DNA of 64,000 bases from Eledone cirrhosa (taxonomy: Eukaryota): NCBI GenBank assembly GCA_964016885.1, contig OZ024741.1, positions 11,780,001 to 11,844,000 of the forward strand, given 5' to 3'. The position numbers and the translations under genes are program-made. Below the pieces are notes generated by a model. It had not been told where the DNA came from, searched no databases, and saw nothing but the letters and a program-made list of their open reading frames with translations. Shown here one piece after another: positions 1-16,100 of this stretch (its first letter is position 1; each line of letters opens with the position of its first letter).

Positions 1-3000
1 TGTATGTGTCTGTCACTATATGTATGTGTCTGTGTCACTGTATATATGTGTCTGTGTCACTATATTTATGTGTCTGTGTCACTGTATGTATGTGTCTGTG
101 TCACTGTATGTATGTGTCTGTGTCACTATATGTATGTGTCTGTGTCACTATATGTATGTCTGTGTCACTATATGTTTGTGTGTCTGTGTCACTATATGTA
201 TGTGTCTGTGTTACTATATATATGTCTCTGTGTCACTGTATGTATGTGTCTGTGTCACTGTATGTATGTGTCTGTGTCACTATATGTATGTGTCTGTGTT
301 ACTATATATATGTCTCTGTGTCACTGTATGTATGTGTCTGTGTCACTGTATGTATGTGTCTGTGTCACTATATGTATGTGTCTGTGTCACTATATGTATG
401 TGTCTGTGTCACTGTATGTATGTGTCTGTGTCACTATATGTATGTCTGTGTCACTATATGTTTGTGTGTCTGTGTCACTATATGTATGTGTCTGTGTCAC
501 TATATGTATGTGTCTGTCACTATATGTATGTGTCTGTGTCACTGTATATATGTGTCTGTGTCACTATATTTATGTGTCTGTGTCACTGTATGTATGTGTC
601 TGTGTCACTGTATGTATGTGTCTGTGTCACTATATGTATGTGTCTGTGTCACTATATGTATGTCTGTGTCACTATATGTTTGTGTGTCTGTGTCACTATA
701 TGTATGTGTCTGTGTTACTATATATATGTCTCTGTGTCACTGTATGTATGTGTCTGTGTCACTATATGTATGTGTCTGTGTCACTGTATATATGTGTCTG
801 TGTCATTATATTTATGTGTCTGTGTCACTGTATGTATGTGTCTGTGTCACTGTATGTATGTGTCTGTGTCACTAAATGTATGTCTGTGTCACTATGTGTT
901 TGTGTGTCTGTGTCACTATATGTATGAGTCTGTGTCACTATATGTATGTGTCTGTGTCACTATATGTATGTGTCTGTGACACTATATGTATGTCTCTGTG
1001 TCACTATATGTATGTGTCTGTGTCACTATATGTATGTGTCTGTGTCACTATATATATGTGTCTGTGTCACTATATGTATGTGTCTGTGTCATTATATGTA
1101 TGTGTCTGTGTCACTATATGTATGTGTCTGTGTCACTATATGTATGTGTCTTTGTCACTATATGTATGTGTCTGTGTCACTATATGTATGTGTCTCTGTC
1201 ACTATATGTTTGTATCTGTGTCACTATATGTATGTGTCTGTGTCACTATATGTATGTGTCTGTGTCACTATATGTATGTGTCTGTGTCACTATATGTATG
1301 TGTCTCTGTCACTATATGTTTGTATCTGTGTCACTATATGTATGTGTCTGTGTCACTATATGTATGTGTCTGTGTCACTATATGTATGTGTCTGTGCCAC
1401 TATATGTATGTGTCTCTGTCACTATATGTTTGTATCTGTGTCACTATATGTATGTGTCTGTGTCACTATATGTATGTGTCTGTGTCACTATATGTATGTG
1501 TCTGTGTCACTATATGTATGTGTCTGTGTCACGATATGTATGTGTCTCTGTCACTATATGTATGTGTCTGTGTCACTATATGTATGTGTCTGTGTCACTG
1601 TATGTATGTGTCTGTGTCACTATATGTATGTGTCTGTGTCACTATATGCATGTGTCTGTGTCACTGTAAGTATGTCTCTGTGTCACTATATGTATGTGTC
1701 TGTGTCACTATATGTATGTGTCTGTGTCACTATATGTATGTGTCTGTGTCACTGTATGTATGTGTCTGTGTCACTGTATGTATGTGTCTCTGTCACTATA
1801 TGTATGTATGTGTCTGTGTCACTATATGTATGTGTCTGTATCACTGTATGTTTGTGTCTGTGTCACTATATGTATGTGTCTCTGTCACTATATGTATGTG
1901 TCTGTGTCACTGTATGTATGTGTCTGTGTCACTATATGGTTGTGTCTGTGTCACTATATGTACGTGTCTGTGTCACTATATGTATGTGTCTGTGTCACTA
2001 TATGTATGTGTCTGTGTCACTGTATGTATGTCTCTGTGTCACTATATGTATGTGTCTGTGTCACTATATGTTTGTGTCTGTGTCACTATATATATGTGTC
2101 TGTGTCACTATATGTATGTGTCTGTGTCACTGTATGTATGTGTCTGTGTCATTATATGTTTGTGTTTGTGTCACTATATGTATGTGTCTGTGTCACTATA
2201 TGTATGTGTCTGTGTCACTGTATGTATGTGTCTGTGTCACTATATGTTTGTGTCTGTGTCACTATATGTATGTGTCTGTGTCACTGTATGTATGTATCTG
2301 TGTCACTATATGTATGTGTCTGTGTCACTATATGTATGTGTCTGTGTCACTATATGTACGTGTCTGTGTCACTGTATGTATGTGTCTGTGTCACTATATG
2401 TATGTGTCTGTGTCACTATATGTATGTGTCTGTGTCACTGTATGTATGTGCCTGTGTCACTGTATGTATGTGTCTGTGTCACTATATGTATGTGTCTGTG
2501 TCACTATATGTATGTGTCTGTCACTATATGTATGTGTCTGTGTCACTGTATGTATGTGTCTGTGTCACTGTATGTATGTGTCTGTGTCACTATATGTATG
2601 TGTCTGTGTCACTATATGTATGTCTGTGTCACTATATGTTTGTGTGTCTGTGTCACTATATGTATGTGTCTGTGTTACTATATATATGTCTCTGTGTCAC
2701 TGTATGTATGTGTCTGTGTCACTGTATGTATGTGTCTGTGTCACTATATGTATGTGTCTGTGTTACTATATATATGTCTCTGTGTCACTGTATGTATGTG
2801 TCTGTGTCACTGTATGTATGTGTCTGTGTCACTATATGTATGTGTCTGTGTCACTATATGTATGTGTCTGTGTCACTGTATGTATGTGTCTGTGTCACTA
2901 TATGTATGTCTGTGTCACTATATGTTTGTGTGTCTGTGTCAATATATGTATGTGTCTGTGTCACTATATATATGTCTCTGTGTCACTGTATGTATGTGTC

Positions 3001-6000
3001 TGTGTCACTGTATGTATGTGCCTGTGTCACTATATGTATGTGTCTGTGTCACTATATGTATGTCTCTGTGTCACTGTATGTATGTGTCTGTGTCACTATA
3101 TGTATGTGTCTGTGTCACTATATGTATGTGTCTGTGTCACTATATGTATGTCTCTGTGTCACTATATGTATGTCTCTGTGTCACTGTATGTATGTGTCTG
3201 TGTCACTATATGTATGTGTCTGTGTCACTGTATGTATGTCTCTGTGTCACTATATGTATGTGTCTGTGTCACTATATGTATGTGTCTGTGTCACTATATG
3301 TATGTCTCTGTGTCACTATATGTATGTCTCTGTGTCACTGTATGTATGTGTCTGTGTCACTATATGTATGTGTCTGTGTCACTGTATGTATGTCTCTGTG
3401 TCACTATATGTATGTGTCTGTGTCACTGTATGTATGTGTCTGTGTCATTATATGTATGTGTCTGTGTCACTATATGTATCTGTCTGTGTCACTACATGTA
3501 TGTGTCTGTGTCACTATATGTATGTGTCTGTGTCACTATATGTATGTGTCTGTGTCACTATATGTATGTGTCTGTGTCACTATATGTATGTGTCTGTGTC
3601 ACTATATGTATGTGTCTGTGTCACTATATGTATGTGTCTGTGTCACTATATGTATGTGTCTGTGTCACTATATGTATGTGTCTGTATCACTGTATGTATG
3701 TGTCTGTGTCACTATATGTATGTCTCTGTGTCACTATATGTATGTGTCTCTGTCACTATATGTATGTGTCTGTGTCACTATATGTATGTGTCTGTGTCAC
3801 TATATGTATGTGTCTGTGTCACTGTATGTATGTGTCTGTGTCACTATATGTATGTGTCTGTGTCACTATATGTATGTGTCTGTGTCACTATATGTATGTG
3901 TCTGTGTCACTATATGTATGTCTCTGTGTCACTATATGTATGTGTCTGTGTCACTATATGTATGTGTCTGTGTCACTGTATATATGTGTCTGTGTCATTA
4001 TATTTATGTGTCTGTGTCACTGTATGTATGTGTCTGTGTCACTGTATGTATGTGTCTGTGTCACTAAATGTATGTCTGTGTCACTATATGTTTGTGTGTC
4101 TGTGTCACTATATGTATGTGTCTGTGTCACTATATGTATGTGTCTGTGTCACTATATGTATGTGTCTGTGACACTATATGTATGTCTCTGTGTCACTATA
4201 TGTATGTGTCTGTGTCACTATATGTATGTGTCTGTGTCACTATATATATGTGTCTGTGTCACTATATGTATGTGTCTCTGTCACTATATGTATGTGTCTG
4301 TGTCACTATATGTATGTGTCTGTGTCATTATATGTATGTGTCTGTGTCACTATATGTATGTGTCTGTGTCACTATATGTATGTGTCTTTGTCACTATATG
4401 TATGTGTCTGTGTCACTAAATGTATGTCTCTGTCACTATATGTATGTGTCTGTGTCACTATATGTATGTGTCTCTGTCACTATATGTTTGTATCTGTGTC
4501 ACTATATGTATGTGTCTGTGTCACTATATGTATGTGTCTGTGTCACTATATGTATGTGTCTCTGTCACTATATGTATGTGTCTGTGTCACTATATGTATG
4601 TGTCTGTGTCACTATATGTTTGTGTCTGTGTTACTATATATATGTGTCTGTGTCACTATATGTATGTGTCTGTGTCACTGTATGTATGTGTCTGTGTCAC
4701 TGTATGCATGTGTCTGTGTCATTATATGTATGTGTCTCTGTCACTATATGTATGTGTCTGTGTCACTATATGTATGTGTCTGTGTCACTATATGTTTGTG
4801 TCTGTGTCACTATATATATGTGTCTGTGTCACTATATGTAGGTGTCTGTGTCACTGTATGTATGTGTCTCTGTCACTGTATGTATGTGTCTGTGTCACTA
4901 TATGTATGTTTCTGGGTCACTATATGTATGTGTCTCTGTCACTATATGTATGTCTCTGTGTCACTATATGTATGTGTCTGTGTCACTATATGTTTGTGTC
5001 TGTGTCACTATATATATGTGTCTGTGTCACTATATGTATGTGTCTGTGTCACTGTATGTATGTGTCTGTGTCACTGTATGTATGTGTCTGTGTCACTATA
5101 TGTATGTGTCTCTGTCACTATATGTATGTGTCTGTATCACTATATGTATGTGTGTGTGTCACTATATGTATGTCTCTGTGTCACTATATGTATGTGTCTG
5201 TGTCACTGTATGTATGTGTCTGTGTCATTATATGTATGTGTCTGTGTCACTGTATGTATGTGTCTGTGCCACTATATGTATGTGACTGTGTCACTATATG
5301 TATTTGACTGTGTCACTGTATGTATGTGTCTGTGTCACTATATGTATGTGTCTGTGTCACTATATGTATGTCTCTGTGTCACTATATGTATGTCTCTGTG
5401 TCACTATATGTATGTGTCTGTGTAACTATATGTATGTGTCTGTGCCACTATATGTATGTGACTGTGTCACTATATGTATGTGTCTGTGTCACTATATGTA
5501 CGTGTCTGTGTCACTGTATGTATGTGTCTGTGTCACTATATGTATGTGTCTGTGTCACTATATGTATGTGTCTGTGTCACTGTATGTATGTGCCTGTGTC
5601 ACTGTATGTATGTGTCTGTGTCACTATATGTATGTGTCTGTGTCACTATATGTATGTGTCTGTCACTATATGTATGTGTCTGTGTCACTGTATGTATGTG
5701 TCTGTGTCACTGTATGTATGTGTCTGTGTCACTATATGTATGTGTCTGTGTCACTATATGTATGTCTGTGTCACTATATGTTTGTGTGTCTGTGTCACTA
5801 TATGTATGTGTCTGTGTTACTATATATATGTCTCTGTGTCACTGTATGTATGTGTCTGTGTCACTGTATGTATGTGTCTGTGTCACTATATGTATGTGTC
5901 TGTGTTACTATATATATGTCTCTGTGTCACTGTATGTATGTGTCTGTGTCACTGTATGTATGTGTCTGTGTCACTATATGTATGTGTCTGTGTCACTATA

Positions 6001-6429
6001 TGTATGTGTCTGTGTCACTGTATGTATGTGTCTGTGTCACTATATGTATGTCTGTGTCACTATATGTTTGTGTGTCTGTGTCACTATATGTATGTGTCTG
6101 TGTCACTATATATATGTCTCTGTGTCACTGTATGTATGTGTCTGTGTCACTGTATGTATGTGTCTGTGTCACTATATGTATGTGTCTGTGTCACTATATG
6201 TATGTCTCTGTGTCACTGTATGTATGTGTCTGTGTCACTATATGTATGTGTCTGTGTCACTATATGTATGTGTCTGTGTCACTATATGTATGTCTCTGTG
6301 TCACTATATGTATGTCTCTGTGTCACTGTATGTATGTGTCTGTGTCACTATATGTATGTGTCTGTGTCACTGTATGTATGTCTCTGTGTCACTATATGTA
6401 TGTGTCTGTGTCACTATATGTATGTGTCT

Positions 6430-9400
6430 GTGTCACTATATGTATGTGTCTTTGTCACTATATGTATGTGTCTGTGTCACTATATGTATGTGTCTCTGTC
6501 ACTATATGTTTGTATCTGTGTCACTATATGTATGTGTCTGTGTCACTATATGTATGTGTCTGTGTCACTATATGTATGTGTCTGTGTCACTATATGTATG
6601 TGTCTCTGTCACTATATGTTTGTATCTGTGTCACTATATGTATGTGTCTGTGTCACTATATGTATGTGTCTGTGTCACTGTATGTATGTGTCTGTGTCAC
6701 TATATGTATGTGTCTGTGTCACTATATGCATGTGTCTGTGTCACTGTAAGTATGTCTCTGTGTCACTATATGTATGTGTCTGTGTCACTATATGTATGTG
6801 TCTGTGTCACTATATGTATGTGTCTGTGTCACTGTATGTATGTGTCTGTGTCACTGTATGTATGTGTCTCTGTCACTATATGTATGTATGTGTCTGTGTC
6901 ACTATATGTATGTGTCTGTATCACTGTATGTTTGTGTCTGTGTCACTATATGTATGTGTCTCTGTCACTATATGTATGTGTCTGTGTCACTGTATGTATG
7001 TGTCTGTGTCACTATATGGTTGTGTCTGTGTCACTATATGTACGTGTCTGTGTCACTATATGTATGTGTCTGTGTCACTATATGTATGTGTCTGTGTCAC
7101 TGTATGTATGTCTCTGTGTCACTATATGTATGTGTCTGTGTCACTATATGTTTGTGTCTGTGTCACTATATATATGTGTCTGTGTCACTATATGTATGTG
7201 TCTGTGTCACTGTATGTATGTGTCTGTGTCATTATATGTTTGTGTTTGTGTCACTATATGTATGTGTCTGTGTCACTATATGTATGTGTCTGTGTCACTG
7301 TATGTATGTGTCTGTGTCACTATATGTTTGTGTCTGTGTCACTATATGTATGTGTCTGTGTCACTGTATGTATGTATCTGTGTCACTATATGTATGTGTC
7401 TGTGTCACTATATGTATGTGTCTGTGTCACTATATGTACGTGTCTGTGTCACTGTATGTATGTGTCTGTGTCACTATATGTATGTGTCTGTGTCACTATA
7501 TGTATGTGTCTGTGTCACTGTATGTATGTGCCTGTGTCACTGTATGTATGTGTCTGTGTCACTATATGTATGTGTCTGTGTCACTATATGTATGTGTCTG
7601 TCACTATATGTATGTGTCTGTGTCACTGTATGTATGTGTCTGTGTCACTGTATGTATGTGTCTGTGTCACTATATGTATGTGTCTGTGTCACTATATGTA
7701 TGTCTGTGTCACTATATGTTTGTGTGTCTGTGTCACTATATGTATGTGTCTGTGTTACTATATATATGTCTCTGTGTCACTGTATGTATGTGTCTGTGTC
7801 ACTGTATGTATGTGTCTGTGTCACTATATGTATGTGTCTGTGTTACTATATATATGTCTCTGTGTCACTGTATGTATGTGTCTGTGTCACTGTATGTATG
7901 TGTCTGTGTCACTATATGTATGTGTCTGTGTCACTATATGTATGTGTCTGTGTCACTGTATGTATGTGTCTGTGTCACTATATGTATGTCTGTGTCACTA
8001 TATGTTTGTGTGTCTGTGTCAATATATGTATGTGTCTGTGTCACTATATATATGTCTCTGTGTCACTGTATGTATGTGTCTGTGTCACTGTATGTATGTG
8101 CCTGTGTCACTATATGTATGTGTCTGTGTCACTATATGTATGTCTCTGTGTCACTGTATGTATGTGTCTGTGTCACTATATGTATGTGTCTGTGTCACTA
8201 TATGTATGTGTCTGTGTCACTATATGTATGTCTCTGTGTCACTATATGTATGTCTCTGTGTCACTGTATGTATGTGTCTGTGTCACTATATGTATGTGTC
8301 TGTGTCACTGTATGTATGTATCTGTGTCACTATATGTATGTGTCTGTGTCACTATATGTATGTGTCTGTGTCACTATATGTATGTCTCTGTGTCACTATA
8401 TGTATGTCTCTGTGTCACTGTATGTATGTGTCTGTGTCACTATATGTATGTGTCTGTGTCACTGTATGTATGTCTCTGTGTCACTATATGTATGTGTCTG
8501 TGTCACTGTATGTATGTGTCTGTGTCATTATATGTATGTGTCTGTGTCACTATATGTATCTGTCTGTGTCACTACATGTATGTGTCTGTGTCACTATATG
8601 TATGTGTCTGTGTCACTATATGTATGTGTCTGTGTCACTATATGTATGTGTCTGTGTCACTATATGTATGTGTCTGTGTCACTATATGTATGTGTCTGTG
8701 TCACTATATGTATGTGTCTGTGTCACTATATGTATGTGTCTGTGTCACTATATGTATGTGTCTGTATCACTGTATGTATGTGTCTGTGTCACTATATGTA
8801 TGTCTCTGTGTCACTATATGTATGTGTCTCTGTCACTATATGTATGTGTCTGTGTCACTATATGTATGTGTCTGTGTCACTATATGTATGTGTCTGTGTC
8901 ACTGTATGTATGTGTCTGTGTCACTATATGTATGTGTCTGTGTCACTATATGTATGTGTCTGTGTCACTATATGTATGTGTCTGTGTCACTATATGTATG
9001 TCTCTGTGTCACTATATGTATGTGTCTGTGTCACTATATGTATGTGTCTGTGTCACTGTATATATGTGTCTGTGTCATTATATTTATGTGTCTGTGTCAC
9101 TGTATGTATGTGTCTGTGTCACTGTATGTATGTGTCTGTGTCACTAAATGTATGTCTGTGTCACTATATGTTTGTGTGTCTGTGTCACTATATGTATGTG
9201 TCTGTGTCACTATATGTATGTGTCTGTGTCACTATATGTATGTGTCTGTGACACTATATGTATGTCTCTGTGTCACTATATGTATGTGTCTGTGTCACTA
9301 TATGTATGTGTCTGTGTCACTATATATATGTGTCTGTGTCACTATATGTATGTGTCTCTGTCACTATATGTATGTGTCTGTGTCACTATATGTATGTGTC

Positions 9401-10150
9401 TGTGTCATTATATGTATGTGTCTGTGTCACTATATGTATGTGTCTGTGTCACTATATGTATGTGTCTTTGTCACTATATGTATGTGTCTGTGTCACTATA
9501 TGTATGTCTCTGTCACTATATGTATGTGTCTGTGTCACTATATGTATGTGTCTCTGTCACTATATGTTTGTATCTGTGTCACTATATGTATGTGTCTGTG
9601 TCACTATATGTATGTGTCTGTGTCACTATATGTATGTGTCTCTGTCACTATATGTATGTGTCTGTGTCACTATATGTATGTGTCTGTGTCACTATATGTT
9701 TGTGTCTGTGTTACTATATATATGTGTCTGTGTCACTATATGTATGTGTCTGTGTCACTGTATGTATGTGTCTGTGTCACTGTATGCATGTGTCTGTGTC
9801 ATTATATGTATGTGTCTCTGTCACTATATGTATGTGTCTGTGTCACTATATGTATGTGTCTGTGTCACTATATGTTTGTGTTTGTGTCACTATATATATG
9901 TGTCTGTGTCACTATATGTAGGTGTCTGTGTCACTGTATGTATGTGTCTCTGTCACTGTATGTATGTGTCTGTGTCACTATATGTATGTTTCTGGGTCAC
10001 TATATGTATGTGTCTCTGTCACTATATGTATGTCTCTGTGTCACTATATGTATGTGTCTGTGTCACTATATGTTTGTGTCTGTGTTACTATATATATGTG
10101 TCTGTGTCACTATATGTATGTGTCTGTGTCACTGTATGTATGTGTCTGTG
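6430..10150. repeat. Copy of ~1130-5070 (main offset 5,080 bp)
   Basis: CTGTAAG 1665/6745, TAG 4841/9921 and TCTGGG 4911/9991. ORFs 1694..4171 and 6774..9251 are nearly identical. Confidence 0.88.
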
Positions 10151-13100
10151 CCACTATATGTATGTGACTGTGTCACTATATGTATTTGACTGTGTCACTG
10201 TATGTATGTGTCTGTGTCACTATATGTATGTGTCTGTGTCACTATATGTATGTCTCTGTGTCACTATATGTATGTCTCTGTGTCACTATATGTATGTGTC
10301 TGTGTAACTATATGTATGTGTCTGTGCCACTATATGAATGTGACTGTGTCACTATATGTATGTGTCTGTGTCACTATATGTACGTGTCTGTGTCACTGTA
10401 TGTATGTGTCTGTGTCACTATATGTATGTGTCTGTGTCACTATATGTATGTGTCTGTGTCACTGTATGTATGTGCCTGTGTCACTGTATGTATGTGTCTG
10501 TGTCACTATATGTATGTGTCTGTGTCACTATATGTATGTGTCTGTCACTATATGTATGTGTCTGTGTCACTGTATGTATGTGTCTGTGTCACTGTATGTA
10601 TGTGTCTGTGTCACTATATGTATGTGTCTGTGTCACTATATGTATGTCTGTGTCACTATATGTTTGTGTGTCTGTGTCACTATATGTATGTGTCTGTGTT
10701 ACTATATATATGTCTCTGTGTCACTGTATGTATGTGTCTGTGTCACTGTATGTATGTGTCTGTGTCACTATATGTATGTGTCTGTGTTACTATATATATG
10801 TCTCTGTGTCACTGTATGTATGTGTCTGTGTCACTGTATGTATGTGTCTGTGTCACTATATGTATGTGTCTGTGTCACTATATGTATGTGTCTGTGTCAC
10901 TGTATGTATGTGTCTGTGTCACTATATGTATGTCTGTGTCACTATATGTTTGTGTGTCTGTGTCACTATATGTATGTGTCTGTGTCACTATATATATGTC
11001 TCTGTGTCACTGTATGTATGTGTCTGTGTCACTGTATGTATGTGTCTGTGTCACTATATGTATGTGTCTGTGTCACTATATGTATGTCTCTGTGTCACTG
11101 TATGTATGTGTCTGTGTCACTATATGTATGTGTCTGTGTCACTATATGTATGTGTCTGTGTCACTATATGTATGTCTCTGTGTCACTATATGTATGTCTC
11201 TGTGTCACTGTATGTATGTGTCTGTGTCACTATATGTATGTGTCTGTGTCACTGTATGTATGTCTCTGTGTCACTATATGTATGTGTCTGTGTCACTATA
11301 TGTATGTGTCTGTGTCACTATATGTATGTCTCTGTGTCACTATATGTATGTCTCTGTGTCACTGTATGTATGTGTCTGTGTCACTATATGTATGTGTCTG
11401 TGTCACTGTATGTATGTATCTGTGTCACTATATGTATGTGTCTGTGTCACTGTATGTATGTGTCTGTGTCATTATATGTATGTGTCTGTGTCACTATATG
11501 TATCTGTCTGTGTCACTACATGTATGTGTCTGTGTCACTATATGTATGTGTCTGTGTCACTATATGTATGTGTCTGTGTCACTATATGTATGTGTCTGTG
11601 TCACTATATGTATGTGTCTGTGTCACTATATGTATGTGTCTGTGTCACTATATGTATGTGTCTGTGTCACTATATGTATGTGTCTGTGTCACTATATGTA
11701 TGTGTCTGTATCACTGTATGTATGTGTCTGTGTCACTATATGTATGTCTCTGTGTCACTATATGTATGTGTCTCTGTCACTATATGTATGTGTCTGTGTC
11801 ACTATATGTATGTGTCTGTGTCACTATATGTATGTGTCTGTGTCACTGTATGTATGTGTCTGTGTCACTATATGTATGTGTCTGTGTCACTATATGTATG
11901 TGTCTGTGTCACTATATGTATGTGTCTGTGTCACTATATGTATGTCTCTGTGTCACTATATGTATGTGTCTGTGTCACTATATGTATGTGTCTGTGTCAC
12001 TGTATATATGTGTCTGTGTCATTATATTTATGTGTCTGTGTCACTGTATGTATGTGTCTGTGTCACTGTATGTCTGTGTCTGTGTCACTAAATGTATGTC
12101 TGTGTCACTATATGTTTGTGTGTCTGTGTCACTATATGTATGTGTCTGTGTCACTATATGTATGTGTCTGTGTCACTATATGTATGTGTCTGTGACACTA
12201 TATGTATGTCTCTGTGTCACTATATGTATGTGTCTGTGTCACTATATGTATGTGTCTGTGTCACTATATATATGTGTCTGTGTCACTATATGTATGTGTC
12301 TCTGTCACTATATGTATGTGTCTGTGTCACTGTATGTATGTGTCTGTGTCACTATATGTATGTCTGTGTCACTATATGTTTGTGTGTCTGTGTCACTATA
12401 TGTATGTGTCTGTGTCACTATATATATGTCTCTGTGTCACTGTATGTATGTGTCTGTGTCACTGTATGTATGTGTCTGTGTCACTATATGTATGTGTCTG
12501 TGTCACTATATGTATGTCTCTGTGTCACTGTATGTATGTGTCTGTGTCACTATATGTATGTGTCTGTGTCACTATATGTATGTGTCTGTGTCACTATATG
12601 TATGTCTCTGTGTCACTATATGTATGTCTCTGTGTCACTGTATGTATGTGTCTGTGTCACTATATGTATGTGTCTGTGTCACTGTATGTATGTCTCTGTG
12701 TCACTATATGTATGTGTCTGTGTCACTATATGTATGTGTCTGTGTCACTATATGTATGTCTCTGTGTCACTATATGTATGTCTCTGTGTCACTGTATGTA
12801 TGTATCTGTGGCACTATATGTATGTGTCTGTGTCACTGTATGTATGTCTCTGTGTCACTATATGTATGTGTCTGTGTCACTGTATGTATGTGTCTGTGTC
12901 ATTATATGTATGTGTCTGTGTCACTATATGTATCTGTCTGTGTCACTACATGTATGTGTCTGTGTCACTATATGTATGTGTCTGTGTCACTATATGTATG
13001 TGTCTGTGTCACTATATGTATGTGTCTGTGTCACTATATGTATGTGTCTGTGTCACTATATGTATGTGTCTGTGTCACTATATGTATGTGTCTGTGTCAC

Positions 13101-16100
13101 TATATGTATGTGTCTGTGTCACTATATGTATGTGTCTGTGTCACTATATGTATGTGTCTGTGTCACTATATGTATGTGTCTGTGTCACTGTATGTATGTG
13201 TCTGTGTCACTGTATGTATGTGTCTGTGTCACTATATGTATGTGTCTCTGTCACTATATGTATGTGTCTGTGTCACTATATGTATGTGTCTGTGTCACTA
13301 TATGTATGTGTCTGTGTCACTGTATGTATGTGTCTGTGTCACTATATGTATGTGTCTGTGTCACTATATGTATGTGTCTGTGTCACTATATGTATGTGTC
13401 TGTGTCACTATATGTATGTCTCTGTGTCACTATATGTATGTGTCTGTGCCACTATATGTATGTGTCTGTGTCACTATATGTATGTGTCTGTGTCACTATA
13501 TGTATGTGTCTGTGTCACTGTATATATGTGTCTGTGTCATTATATTTATGTGTCTGTGTCACTGTATGTATGTGTCTGTGTCACTGTATGTATGTGTCTG
13601 TGTCACTAAATGTATGTCTGTGTCACTATATGTTTGTGTGTCTGTGTCACTATATGTATGTGTCTGTGTCACTATATGTATGTGTCTGTGTCACTATATG
13701 TATGTGTCTGTGACACTATATGTATGTCTCTGTGTCACTATATGTATGTGTCTGTGTCACTATATGTATGTGTCTGTGTCACTATATATATGTGTCTGTG
13801 TCACTATATGTATGTGTCTGTGTCATTATATGTATGTGTCTGTGTCACTATATGTATGTATCTGTGTCACTATATGTATGTGTCTTTGTCACTATATGTA
13901 TGTGTCTGTGTCACTATATGTATGTGTCTCTGTCACTATATGTTTGTATCTGTGTCACTATATGTATGTGTCTGTGTCACTATATGTATGTGTCTGTGTC
14001 ACTATATGTATGTGTCTTTGTCACTATATGTATGTGTCTGTGCCACTATATGTATGTGTCTCTGTCACTATATGTTTGTATCTGTGTCACTATATGTATG
14101 TGTCTGTGCCACTATATGTATGTGTCTGTGTCACTATATGTATGTGTCTGTGTCACTATATGTATGTGTCTGTGTCACGATATGTATGTGTCTCTGTCAC
14201 TATATGTATGTGTCTGTGTCACTATATGTATGTGTCTGTGTCACTGTATGTATGTGTCTGTGTCACTATATGTATGTGTCTGTGTCACTATATGTATGTG
14301 TCTGTGTCACTGTAAGTATGTCTCTGTGTCACTATATGTATGTGTCTGTGTCACTATATGTATGTGTCTGTGTCACTATATGTATGTCTCTGTGTCACTA
14401 TATGTATGTGTCTGTGTCACTATATGTATGTGTCTGTGTCACTGTATATATGTGTCTGTGTCATTATATTTATGTGTCTGTGTCACTGTATGTATGTGTC
14501 TGTGTCACTGTATGTATGTGTCTGTGTCACTAAATGTATGTCTGTGTCACTATATGTTTGTGTGTCTGTGTCACTATATGTATGTGTCTGTGTCACTATA
14601 TGTATGTGTCTGTGTCACTATATGTATGTGTCTGTGACACTATATGTATGTCTCTGTGTCACTATATGTATGTGTCTGTGTCACTATATGTATGTGTCTG
14701 TGTCACTATATATATGTGTCTGTGTCACTATATGTATGTGTCTCTGTCACTATATGTATGTGTCTGTGTCACTATATGTATGTGTCTGTGTCATTATATG
14801 TATGTGTCTGTGTCACTATATGTATGTGTCTGTGTCACTATATGTATGTGTCTTTGTCACTATATGTATGTGTCTGTGTCACTATATGTATGTCTCTGTC
14901 ACTATATGTATGTGTCTGTGTCACTATATGTATGTGTCTCTGTCACTATATGTTTGTATCTGTGTCACTATATGTATGTGTCTGTGTCACTATATGTATG
15001 TGTCTGTGTCACTATATGTATGTGTCTCTGTCACTATATGTATGTGTCTGTGTCACTATATGTATGTGTCTGTGTCACTATATGTTTGTGTCTGTGTTAC
15101 TATATATATGTGTCTGTGTCACTATATGTATGTGTCTGTGTCACTGTATGTATGTGTCTGTGTCACTGTATGCATGTGTCTGTGTCATTATATGTATGTG
15201 TCTCTGTCACTATATGTATGTGTCTGTGTCACTATATGTATGTGTCTGTGTCACTATATGTTTGTGTCTGTGTCACTATATATATGTGTCTGTGTCACTA
15301 TATGTAGGTGTCTGTGTCACTGTATGTATGTGTCTCTGTCACTGTATGTATGTGTCTGTGTCACTATATGTATGTTTCTGGGTCACTATATGTATGTGTC
15401 TCTGTCACTATATGTATGTCTCTGTGTCACTATATGTATGTGTCTGTGTCACTATATGTTTGTGTCTGTGTTACTATATATATGTGTCTGTGTCACTATA
15501 TGTATGTGTCTGTGTCACTGTATGTATGTGTCTGTGCCACTATATGTATGTGACTGTGTCACTATATGTATTTGACTGTGTCACTGTATGTATGTGTCTG
15601 TGTCACTACATGTATGTGTCTGTGTCACTATATGTATGTCTCTGTGTCACTATATGTATGTCTCTGTGTCACTATATGTATGTGTCTGTGTAACTATATG
15701 TATGTGTCTGTGCCACTATATGTATGTGACTGTGTCACTATATGTATGTGTCTGTGTCACTATATGTACGTGTCTGTGTCACTGTATGTATGTGTCTGTG
15801 TCACTATATGTATGTGTCTGTGTCACTATATGTATGTGTCTGTGTCACTGTATGTATGTGCCTGTGTCACTGTATGTATGTGTCTGTGTCACTATATGTA
15901 TGTGTCTGTGTCACTATATGTATGTGTCTGTCACTATATGTATGTGTCTGTGTCACTGTATGTATGTGTCTGTGTCACTGTATGTATGTGTCTGTGTCAC
16001 TATATGTATGTGTCTGTGTCACTATATGTATGTCTGTGTCACTATATGTTTGTGTGTCTGTGTCACTATATGTATGTGTCTGTGTTACTATATATATGTC

